A DNA stretch of 62,000 bases, filler included, from Thelocarpon superellum (taxonomy: Eukaryota), in assembly GCA_026025795.1 (NCBI GenBank). It is 2 parts of 2 records of this genome, joined end to end, with 100 filler letters (N's around TTAATTAATTAA, not from the genome) between each part and the next. Parts side by side here need not be neighbours in the genome. Positions count along the whole stretch, not along the records: positions 31,062 to 62,000 come from JAPEUG010000196.1; 1 more part is not named here. One strand, 5' to 3'. Under the pieces are notes generated by a model that was not told the DNA's origin, searched no databases, and saw only the letters and a list, made by a program, of their open reading frames with translations. Both the position numbers and the translations under genes were made by a program. Shown piece after piece: positions 51,379-62,000 of the stretch (its first letter is position 1; every line of letters begins with the position of its first letter).

Positions 51379-52605
51379 TCCATGGGTTGGAAATTTCAGA
51401 GGGGAAAAAGATCATGACGGGGCAAATCCATTGTCAAGTAGATTATTCTGTTCATTCACAATACTCCACAGTCATTCTACCATCTCAAGCTTCCGTTTCC
51501 ATGGAGAATCGGCAAACATAAATCTACGTGTGCCGTCGCATGTGAGTCCATGAAGCACGGCGGGTCTGATTCCTCCCCACGCCACCTGGGCCGCACCGCG
51601 ACCGGAAGGCCGAGAAACGTGCCGACCGACGAGAAGATCCCGGAACAAAGATCCCGGAGCCAAAAAGTAGCAGGACAGCAGCGGGAGGGTCCTGTCACGA
51701 CTCACGGCCGGCCCTGAGCGCGCAAGGCCCTCGGAGCTCCGAACAGCCCCGCGCAAATCCCTGCCCCGCGGGCTCCCTTCCACGGCTGCGGGGATTGATG
51801 GGCGCACGCAACCACGCACCACGGCTGTGCGTGAGGTCGAGCTTCGGTATCGATGCGCTCATAGTGTCTTTATTCCCCGTCGTGGTCACGACCGTGCGTT
51901 GACGCAGTCTTGACATGTACCTCCGCGCGGAAAGGCACCGACCTAGGTAACGTCCAACACCGAGAGGATCGGTACTTTTCCAGCGGTGGTGGGTGGTGGG
52001 TGCTTCTGAGTACCCGGGGAGCACGGAGCAAGAAGTTTTGGCGGGGCAGCTGCCGGCACTTCTACCCCGCGCCAAGCGTCGTAGATGAAGGGCCCGATCG
52101 CCGACGTTCGCTACCGCCGACCAATGCGCCACCGTTTGCCGCCGTCAGCCTTTGCCTGCATGACCCGTCAACATTCTCCGCCGGCCCAAGGCAAATGCGA
52201 CCGCGCCGTGGAAATTATCATGGGCGGCCCCCCGCTGCGTCGTTATCACTGTATCAGCGACTGAATGACAAAGATTGTGAGCGGGAAGCAACATCTGGCT
52301 CATTGTCCCCAGCCTCAATGCTGCCGCGGCGAAATCTGGTACCAAGTTTGTCAGTGACTCTTGGGTCGCGTGTGCATGGAAGCGAAAGCCAAATGAACGC
52401 GCGGAGAAAGCCTGGTGGGGGATGGCGGAGGCAGGCGAGTGAGTATAGAAGGCATCCTACGACGTTTTATTGTGCATATACCGAGCATCTGGTTTGCTTG
52501 CTCCGGTGAGACCTAGGGACCTAGAACTCGAGGTTTTTATGTGCTGGTCAGGGCTAGAAAACGTATGGTGGAATGGTCCCAAGCGCTCGGAAGATACCCG
52601 TCTCA

Positions 52606-54444
52606 CTACCACCCAAACTCTTCGCAGTGCAGTTCTACGCCAGGACCCGAGCTACGCGAGCGGAAGGTGACCGCCTGTCGAGTTGCGCGCATTAGCGACG
52701 AGGGGCCACACGCGGATACAATGACGGTGTGGTGCGGGGCCGTGTGCCGAACGACGCCCTCGACCACACTGGACACATTCGGCCGTCCCTCGAGTACGTC
52801 TGGCACGTTCCTTGGGGTCTGGTCGGTCTTGTCCGATGTTGGCGTCGACGGAACCGTCAGCGTCTTCAATTCCTGTTCTGGAAACGAGGAGCTCCGGCTT
52901 GCCGCCGCCTCGACCGGGTGCGTGCAATACAGCGCCAGCGTCACGCGGGGCGAGCGTTGCAAGATGCTCAGTTCCTTGGCGAACCAGCTGAATTTGCCTA
53001 CCACCCGACTTAGCGTCTGGGGTCTGATGACAGTGCGATCGACCTACCGTGCTCACGAACAGCCCAGACGACATCGATCGTCGGGGGATTGTCCGCGGGC
53101 CCCGCGCGGAGCAGCTGCATGGCGATGGCGATGGCGAAGCTCGCGCCACTGCCACCGGCGATGAGGACCACCTTGTCGAAGGCGGCGAAATCGGGTAGGG
53201 TACCGTAAGGACCGTCGATGCTCGCCGGGACACTCTTCTCGGCCTGGTCAAGGGCGTGCCGGTGGAGGGACCCGGTGAAGCCGTCGTGAGCGGCGATGAC
53301 AAATTCCACCGGGTCGGTGGAGACGATGGTGAAGGGATGCATCTCGGCCTTGCGGATCTGCCGCATCCACAGCTGCGCGTGCAACCCAGGCTGTGCGCGT
53401 GCGAGTGGTCGAGAGAGGATCACGCGGGTGCCTCCGTACGGTAAGGGGGTGAGCGTGGCCCGGTTGCCGGAGGTGTTCCATGCCGTCCTCAGGAATCGAA
53501 TCAATCGGTCCGCTAGCCAGATGGTGGCACAGAAGATGACGATAATCAGTGTATGCGTTGAAATATCGGATCGATGCTGACCCAGGCCGATAAGGATCAG
53601 GGCTGCGCCGACGAGATGGATGAGGTAGAAGAGCTCATAGTATCGCTTCCGCAAAACCAGCGCGGTGACCAAAATGACCAGCATGGACGCGCCCGCCACA
53701 ATGCCGGGCTGCTGCCGCATCGAGATGAGCTCTTTCAGCGCACCCTCTTGGGCTCCGGCGATGGTGAAGATGCTACCGCGGGTCAATGTCGATGCGAGCG
53801 GGGCAACGTTCGGGACACGTACACGGCATGTAAGATGACGAGCAGGATGGTGGTGTAACCCGCGATCTGATGGAGCACATTGAGACGTTCATAGGAATAC
53901 GCCGTGAGGAAGCCCAGCGGCGTGTTCTTCAAGGCCAAGAAGAACAGCAGGGCGAGGTTCGCCGTGGCGACCCTAACCGTAGACTGATCAGCAAGCGCGG
54001 TTCTAGACGTCCGGCCGACGTGGGACCCACGCCACTCACCACCCAAATCGTCTGGACACATGGCTGAGCAGGGTGTAGTTGAGGTTGGTGAACAGGACCA
54101 AGACGTTCACGACGACATAGATACTGACCACGACGGCGTGTCCTGTCGACGTGAACCCGGGAAACGGGGCCAGCAGAACGCTTCGGATAAGCCTGTGGGT
54201 CTGCCATCAGCGATCGATGGTCGCGTGGCCGTCGGAGGCATTGAAATACCCACCGGACGAGATACAGGGGCACGCGAGCCGGAGCCGATGTGGCGGCGAC
54301 GCTCGACTTAACTTGCAATGACTGGAGCCCATGTCCGATCACGAACAGGGCCATCAGGCCACCCATGGCCGCGGAAAAGTAGATCAAGGCATCCACATTA
54401 CGAGGGTCCACGGGCAGCTCCCCTCGGGCCACCAGGGCAGTCAT
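52606..54444 (-). CDS. Ferric/cupric reductase transmembrane component (FRE family); 4 introns
   Basis: LALKNTPLGFLTAYSYERLNVLHQIAG, RKRYYELFYLIH, FAD-binding HPFTI, DGPYG, NAD-binding VLIAGGSGASF, ACGP and C-terminal LHCEEFGW. Confidence 0.93.
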
Positions 54445-54895
54445 TCTGTCTGCGAGGCGATCGACGACGATCACCGGGGAGCAAGGGTACAGGATCGCGG
54501 CGAGTCTAGAGACGAGGAGACATGCTCAAGATGCGGCCTTGACCATGATGTAGCAGAAGGATGGCCTGGCCCCCCCCCTCCATCCCAACGCGCCTTCCCC
54601 AACACTCATGTGCTAGGGCATATTGTAGTGTCACGTTGATGACGAGTTCAGGGATGAAGCCTCCGTCCTCCTTCGACGGTATGCCACTCGGTCTGCAGCT
54701 CGAGCCGACCTCTGGCCGTTCGGGAGGAAATCAGCATCGAGGTATGTTATCTACCTAGGTGGGTAGGTAGCATACCTCAACGGAGAGATCTTGGTCATCG
54801 GCGCAGGTGCTGGTGTTGTACAATGCACTACCGGGGCCCCTTTCCTCTTCCGAAAGGAGGCGGCACGCCGAGGTCTCGTCTCATTTGCGAGGAGG

Positions 54896-54925
54896 GGCGG
54901 GCGGCGGGCGGCGGGCGGCGGGCGG
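54896..54925. repeat. (GGCGGGC)n tandem repeat upstream of the ferric reductase
   Basis: ggcgggcggcgggcggcgggcggcgggcgg. Confidence 0.85.
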
Positions 54926-55875
54926 CCACGACGAGTGTCGCTTTCAGCCATCCGCAGCCTCAACGGGGGCAACTCTTCGCGATACCTTGAGACAAATCTC
55001 ATCACCTTACTCTTCAGCATCCGCGCCCTGGTAGAAGGTACGACGGGAGTGATGCGAGTGATCATCGTGATGGATCTCGATCGATCAAGCAGCCACGCGG
55101 TTGAGTACGACTCGTCGGTATTTTGTTCGCGGCGTCTATTGCACCGCAGGGCAATTTAACGAGATCGAAGGCTGACGGCGTGCTGGGCCTGGCTGACCAC
55201 GTCCCTCATTAGACGTGCGTCACACCAGGCGCTCCACCACCGCTTCTGCCCAGAGGCCCAGGTAGGGTTGTCTCGTACCACAGCTTCCTTCGTCAGTAGC
55301 TACTACTGTAGCCAAGAAGGCAGCCTGCTTTTGCAACTTGGGCCGGTTGAGCCACCTTGTTGTGGCTCGGTGGTCGGCGGTCGGTGGCCAGGGTGCAGCT
55401 CGAGCGGCGATAGGTCTGCGCCGTTTCACCACTGGCGCGCTCACTAACGGCTAGTTAGGCGGAGCCTCGGCGGCTTAGGCGGGACATGGGCGTTAAGCTA
55501 CGCTGTCGGTACTCGTACGGGATACGACATGCCGGCCCGCGCCAGGCCCCGCGGGCTATGCGACTTGGACCGGGAGAGATGCTAGTCGGACGTGCCAGAG
55601 ATGGATTGTAGCCAACAAGACCAGAAGCCGTTGAGCGGATACGCAATCTGCTCCCCACCGTCTGCCCGCACTAGTCCTCTTTCGCCCTCTTCGCTGCCTT
55701 CCGCCGGAGCCCTAAGGCATGTCGGTATGTGGGTAGTACGCGGACGGGACCAGGATCAGCTGCGTCACCTGCCAAGCCCTTCGTACGCAGCATCAGGTCG
55801 CAAACTACGAGGGCGAGTACGTGAGTCTGAACAACAACGAAGCCGAAGGCGACGACCCAGGTCGGGTGTGAGCGT

Positions 55876-55912
55876 CATCGGCGCTGCCATCGGCGCTGCC
55901 ATCGGCGCTGCC
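55876..55912. repeat. (CATCGGCGCTGC) x3 tandem repeat
   Basis: catcggcgctgc three times, upstream of PFK26. Confidence 0.85.
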
Positions 55913-55974
55913 CTCAGCCGCTGCTGTGTCCGCGCGAGACCGGCACGCACCTGGGCGTGCTTGGGCGGCTCCAC

Positions 55975-58513
55975 ATGTGCGACGCCGATCCGCCTCCGCC
56001 GCCGCGGCCACAGGCACATGCACAGGCACAGGCACAGGCACAGGCCTCTCCGCCGCCGCCGCGACCCCAGCCCCAGCGTCGACAGAGTCAACATTCGGAT
56101 ATTGCCAAGTCCGCCATCATGCGGGCCCCCTCCAAGCCTGCGGACGCGTCCACCGGGGTGGCCGACGCTGGCAAGATGATCCGAGACAGTCTGCCCGCAC
56201 CCTTTCCCTCCAAATTCAGTGTCCGACGACCGAATGATGGCGACATGAGACCTCCGGCCTCTAATCGTCCCCACGCGGCGATGCAGAGCGTCATGAATGG
56301 CACCTTGACCAACGGGACTGGCCGAGCCCTGACCGACACCCCCGTCTCGACGGCCCCAAATACGGCTCCAAGCAGCCCGAGGATGTGAGTGTTCTCTCCC
56401 TTCGTCCGCGTGTCTGGTCACGCTGGTGGTTTGGAGGCGGCTCGGCCTCCGTCCTGACGCGACGATCAGTCCCCCTCGCCGACAGGACTCAGGCTCATCT
56501 ATGACACGCAGTCGACCGACCACCTTGGATATCCCCGGCCTGACCAAGTCCAAAGTCTCCCCGGATGGACGGATCTCGTCGCGTGACATTGGATCCAAGC
56601 TGGTCATTGTCATGGTCGGCTTGCCCGCGCGTGGCAAATCCTACATCACGAAGAAGACGGCCCGCTACTTGAACTGGCTCCAGCACGACACCCGGATCTT
56701 CAATGTGGGCGAGCGACGGCGTGTTGCGGCCGGGGGACCACTGCGCTTGTCCCACCCGGGTGCCAACCGCGATTTCACGGCGTGGCGGGAAGCCTCCGTC
56801 AAGCAGATAGGCATCACCACGGCCACGACCACGACCACGGCCCCCGCCTCCATTCCTGATCGCGCGGAAGGCTCCTCGAAGGATGCCACGATCCTCACCA
56901 ATGGCCGGCCCGAGCACGACACCTCCTTCGACGCTCTCCCGCCGCCAGCCACACAGGAAGATCTGCAGGCGCTCGCTGACCGAGCCAGCACCTCAGCTGC
57001 AGCGCGCGGTGACGAGGAGCTGTCTGAGGCCAATGTCTCGACGCCCGAGGAGCATGCCAACACCGACGTCATGGAGCATTCGGCCTATTTCTTTGATCCC
57101 AAGAACGTCAAGGCGGCGCAGATCCGGGAGCAGGTGGCCATGTCCACGTTGGACGAGCTACTAGATTTCATCCTCGACCAAGGCGGGTCGGTGGGCATCT
57201 TGGACGCGACCAATAGCACGCTTGAACGACGGAAACTCATCATGAAGCGCGTGCGGGAGCGAGCAGGGCCCGAGTTGGGCGTCCTGTTCCTCGAGAGCCT
57301 GTGCGAGGATGAAAACGTATGCCTGCGCCCGATCCTTCCGCTCTCCTCTCCCCGGCTAATGACCGAGCTAGCTCCTGGAGTCGAACATGCGTCTGAAGCT
57401 ATCAGGGCCGGACTACAAAGACCAAGACCCGGTGGCGGCCTTGGCGGATTTCAAGCGGCGGGTAGCCATCTACCAGCGAAACTATGTGCCGCTGGGTGAT
57501 TTCGAGGAGAAGAACAACATGCAATATGTGCAGGTAAGCGGCGCGCACGGGCTCATGTCTTGGGGGTGGTGTGGCTAAGACGGTCCTCAGATGATCGACG
57601 TTGGTCGCAAGATAGTCTCACACCAAATCCGAGGGTTCTTGGCGGCCCAGACCGTCTACTACCTGGTCAACTTCAACCTCTCGCCGCGACAGATCTGGAT
57701 CACTCGTCACGGCGAGTCGACGGATAACGTGGAAGGAAAGATTGGGGGCAACTCCGGCTTGAGCGAGAACGGCCGAGGCTATGCCAAGGCCTTGACGCGC
57801 TTCATCGACTACAAGCGCAAGGAATGGGCCATTCGGCAACGAGAAAAGGTCGCCTCCACCCACTTCCCGCCTCGACCCGGTGACACGACCCCACCCAATC
57901 CCGAGTACACCACCTCGGGCGACGGCCAGACCCCCGAGAAGAACTTTTGCGTGTGGACGTCGATGCTCCACCGGAGCATCCAGACGGCTCAATTTTTCGA
58001 CGAGGAAGAGTACGACATCAAGCAGATGAAAATGCTCGACGAGCTAAATGCCGGTGACATGGAAGGCATGACATACGAAGAGATCCGGACGAAGCATGCG
58101 GACGAGTACGAGCTCCGGCGACACGACAAGCTCCATTATCGATATCCGGGGGCCGGAGGCGAAGGCTATCTCGACATTATCAACCGCCTGCGTGCCGTCA
58201 TTGTCGAGGTCGAGCGGATGACGGATCACGTGTTATTGGTGGGCCATCGTTCCGTCGCCCGCGTGCTGCTCGCCTACTTTGTGGGTCTCAAGCGCGAAGA
58301 CGTGGCCGACCTGGATGTGCCATTGGGCATCTTGTACATGTTGGAGCCGGTGAGTCGTCCGTGCCATTCTCGTTGCTCCCCATGTCTCATGAGGCTGCAT
58401 TATAGAAACCCTACGGGGTCGACTTCAAAGCCTTCCGCTACAACGCCAGCGACGACTGGTTCCACTACGAACCTGATTATGCCCTACGACGAGCAACATC
58501 TCATGCCAACTGA
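55975..58513 (+). CDS. PFK26: 6-phosphofructo-2-kinase / fructose-2,6-bisphosphatase family (Pfk26-like); introns 56385-56469, 57317-57370, 57534-57590, 58350-58405; start uncertain
   Basis: RPTTLDIPGLTKSKVSPDG, P-loop VMVGLPARGKSY, FNVGERRR, ILDATNST, KLSGPDY, ITRHGES and YRYPG. Confidence 0.94.
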
Positions 58514-58898
58514 TGCAATTTGCAATTCCCCCTGTGAGTTGGTGCTGGCGTTCGACCATATATGGGTGGTTCGATTCTTCTTAGTAGCACAGGCGCACGG
58601 GGCATCCATGTTACGGCGTCTCATCCGACCGACGTTGTATGATGTATGATCTCTTTTTACGGTGGGTGGACGTTGGTTGGATGGAGGATGGCTAGTTCTG
58701 TGCTCTTATCCACCCGCCACTGCTTACCGTCAACTTCTTCTTGCTCTTACCCTTTGATCCTCGGCCATCACAACGGTGGGTCTACTGTGCTACAGCGTGA
58801 GCGTCGGCTGTGTTCTTGCGCGCGCTGACTTTGGAGTATCGTCTGGCCTCAAGGCGAATGGGGATGGGTGCATTGACTTTGGGGGACAACTGCGGAAT

Positions 58899-58937
58899 GT
58901 GTCTGATCGTGTCTGATCGTGTCTGATCTTGTCTGAT
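58899..58937. repeat. (GTGTCTGATC) x4 degenerate tandem repeat
   Basis: gtgtctgatc gtgtctgatc gtgtctgatc ttgtctgat, between the convergent PFK26 and TAD3 genes. Confidence 0.85.
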
Positions 58938-59099
58938 AGTACTCTGCTCGTATCCATCTGGATAACTGCGTCCTCACTTTCCTCTTGCACATGTCCACGA
59001 GATTTCATTTCTGGTTCACGTCTGACGTCACCCTCTCTTCCGCCCCCCTTTCGCTCGTTCTCTCCGACCCAGTGCCCAAATGAAGCGTAGACGCGCCGA

Positions 59100-60545
59100 T
59101 CAAGCGTGGAGAGGAAGCACGTCATGGCTCCTTTGCCCGTCCGTCCACTCCCACGCCAGCATTCGCCAATTTAGCTCCCTGCGGTGGAACAGGCCGTATC
59201 CCAGCCCCGGTGCTCGCTGTCTCTCCTTCTCGCCTGCTTCTGCTTCTTCAGCCTCCCCTGGATCGTGCTCCTGCCCTTGCTCTGGCTCAGCTTCTTCTGG
59301 CTCGTGCTCTTGCTTCGACGTCACCGTCTCGCACGTCAATCCACCAGTAAGAGGCATCCGGCTGGCAATAACGACACGGCCGAAGCGCGAGTGTGCGAGA
59401 GCCATGCAGCACATGACGCACGGTTCGTGCGTGAGGTAGATGTCTAGATCGAGACATAGATACCGGCCGGGAACCAGGGTCGCTGCGTCGTAATAGCCCT
59501 CTTCGACGGGCGTGAGCGGAATGTCTTGGAAGATGGACCCCGACGGGCCTTGCAGAGATGAGGCCCAGCCGGTCTCGGCCCGCCGTCTGCGTGCCACGAG
59601 CCCGATGGCTCGCATCGTCGCGTGAGCCATCACGTTGCCATTCTTGCTCCGGTCCGTCGGGAGCCGCGGGGCGTGTGGAAGGCCGCTCCATCGCGCATCG
59701 CCTGCCACTAGCACGGCGGGCTGTCGATCCGAAGAAGGCGGAGGCTCGACCACGACTGCTCCGACCGCTTCGCCTAGTCGGTGCTGTCGCGATGCCCCCG
59801 CCACCTGAAAGGCCACGCCCATCCATCGAGCGGGGTCGAGGCTGGCTCCAGCTTGGCTCCAGATGCTCGGATGCGGGCCGAATGGATTACTCTGCTTGTA
59901 CACTGACGGCCAGTACCGCGTCGTCCAGCGGGTAGCTTGAGCGGCTGACGTCGGCGCTGAGCGAGGGACTGGGATAACCACCGGCTGAGAAGGCTGCTGT
60001 TCGTCGCTGAAGACGGGAGAATGGCTTAGGAGGTTGAGGAGGTCCGGGAATGAGACGACGCTCGTGGGGGCCACAAGCATGACCAACGTCGACTGAAGGG
60101 CTCCCTCATCTTCCGAGACGCTGCGTTCTTCTGTGAAGACCTTCTGGAGGTGGGCTGGTAGGTATGCGAGCTTCACGAAACGTCGTAGATGCTGTAGGCC
60201 ATTGATATATCGGTCCGGTAGTGCGTCATCCAGGCAGCTTTCACCGTTGGGCCCGAGTCAGTCCAGTCAACATGCCTTGCAACAATCCACATACCAGACG
60301 AGTCGGTGAGCAGCTTTAACAGGAACCGGTACAATGTATACATCAACTTCAGATACGAGTCAGCCGGTGGAGGTCGTCGCCGTATGGTGTACGGGATAGG
60401 CCGTCAACCAACCGGTGTCATTCGCACTGGCAACTTCCAACTTTGTCCTCAACGGCACCAAAGTCCGGTCATCGTCCTGCACACCCCGTCCACTCTCTGG
60501 CACCATCTCCTTCTCAGCCGCATCCTGGCCAAGTTCGTCCCGCAT
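59100..60545 (-). CDS. TAD3: tRNA-specific adenosine-34 deaminase non-catalytic subunit Tad3; 2 introns near the 5' end
   Basis: LQHLRRF, WTTRYWP, MAHATMRAI (Glu of HxE replaced, as expected for Tad3), YLCLDLDIYLTHEPCVMCCMALAHSRF and ELNWR. Confidence 0.92.
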
Positions 60546-60823
60546 GGAGCTTTACATGGTGGATGAGTGGATGAGTGGATGACCAGATGAACTGGGAGTC
60601 TCGTTCACTCGTGCTGGAGGATCGTCGCTACCGCGACTGCGACCGCTTCTCCAAGAACTCCTTGGGTATGAGGCGACGTCCATCTCATTCTACCCTCCGA
60701 TGGCGTCTACGGGAGCAGTCTATCGTCACGTTTCATCCCATCGGATGCATCCATTACTACCTCTTCTAGAGGTCGTGTCACGTCCCACTATCTGGAGCCG
60801 GTGGAAGTCAAGTGGACCTCGGC

Positions 60824-62000
60824 CTACCGGAAATTCTTGAGGGCACGCTCGAGCTCTCTCAGGCAGTTGGTTCTACCCCGCCGATATGGATCCGATTGCA
60901 CGCTCATCATCGACTCATGAAAGCTTTCGATGGCTGGACACTCGCGTGCCCAGCGCCGGACGGTCTTGAGGATCTTGACGCCGTTGTACTGGAAATGGCA
61001 ACGAACGACCTCTCCCCAGACGCCCTCCCGCCAGGATCGATCCCTCAGCCACGGAAGCATGGCAAATCGCACCGTGAGCGCCGTCTTGCGGCGGTTGTAA
61101 ACCTGCGACAGCTTGTTCGCTCGCGGGCTCATGTCCTCTCCACAGCCGGGCTCGTTGCGCCACGGCTCATCGTTGAGGATCAAGGCGTGGATGCTGACCA
61201 GCACCGACATGATCGTGGACCTCTTGGCCTGCCACTTGCTCTCCGGCGGACCATGCCAGATACCCAATAGGGAGAGGCAAACTCGAGAGTACATCAGCAA
61301 TGTACAGTCTGGGCCAAGTCGCCGGAACACCTACCCTGGCCGTCCGCGTGGAGGTTGGGATTCATGTCCGCCCGACCGTCGTGGAAGCCCAGAAACCAGA
61401 CCTTGGGTGGCTTGTCCGGGTAATGCTCCCCGGCAAAGATGTCGAACCTAGGTCACTTTAGCCATGGCTACAGGAACAGGACGGTGAGCACGCACTCGAA
61501 CAACGCTCCCTCAGACGGAGTATCGTCGGGGCCAACGATGAGGGCCTTCATGACGCCGGGGAGCTCGGAAGATGCCTTGACAAAGATGCCTTCGGGCAGG
61601 GATGTTGCCATGGTCGAGACGTCTTTCAGGATGTACGGGATGCGCCCCTTGGGAGATGCGTGCATGGCGTCAAACTTTCGTCGATACCAATGTCGCTTGG
61701 AGACGTCTTCGGTCAAGTCCAAGCACTTTTCTTTATGGAACGCCGTCCACGCGCGGCTTCCGTTGCTAGGGCTTCCACTCACCATCTTCCCTTTTCCCTT
61801 GTCCAGGGCGGTGCCTGGCGCGTGGGATCCGTTGATGTCGGAGTAGGCCTGGTGGATGCGCTTGCAGAGCGAGAGCGTGGTCCGCTCGGATTCGCTCTGC
61901 ATGATCTCCGCCGACGTGCCCGCAATCTGGATCATGATCTCGCTCTGCCGGTTGAGGTTCTCCAAGCGGGCGATGACGGCCGGCGCCTGTCCTTCCCTTG
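60824..62000 (-). CDS. Large ubiquitin-conjugating enzyme (BIRC6/UBE2Z-like UBC domain), 5' truncated by the window edge; introns about 61448-61495 and 61282-61334
   Basis: MATSLPEGIFVK...MKALIVGPDDTP, FDIF...YPDKPPKV, NPNLHADGQVCLSLLG (catalytic Cys) and STIMSVLVSIHALILNDEPWRNEPG. Confidence 0.88.

Noticed and set aside
54445..55500. Iron/copper regulatory sites (SreA GATA, Mac1 CuRE) upstream of the ferric reductase
   Set aside because: Only partial matches (a single TTATCT and a TGCTCA) at chance level.
59615..59635. Loss of the catalytic Glu (HAT instead of HAE) in the deaminase
   Set aside because: This is the normal, known feature of the Tad3 subunit.

Overview
This is eukaryotic, GC-rich DNA from a filamentous ascomycete (Pezizomycotina), with short GT-AG introns and CTRAY-type branch points. 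The window is two contigs joined by an artificial 100-nt spacer (N44-TTAATTAATTAA-N44 at 30962-31061), so linkage across that point is not biological. The left contig begins with an accessory-looking block: two secreted proteins, a small membrane ORF, an NmrA-like reductase, an alpha/beta hydrolase and a Zn2Cys6 transcription factor. Core genes follow: aspartyl aminopeptidase, KGD2, NDUFB9, the divergent H2A/H2B pair, ATG4, SQS1 and an Mx-like dynamin GTPase. The right contig holds veA, an orphan secreted preproprotein-like ORF, SPT23/MGA2, RNase H1, a DUF202-like membrane protein, a ferric reductase, PFK26, TAD3 and a partial BIRC6/UBE2Z-like E2. The most notable signals are a decayed DUF3435-like (Starship captain-type) tyrosine recombinase fragment between H2B and ATG4 that the ORF track misses, an orphan Kex2-site secreted protein between veA and SPT23, and candidate dual-targeting N-terminal extensions on aminopeptidase and RNase H1. 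All gene models were spliced by eye and family calls come from recalled motifs; no searches were run.
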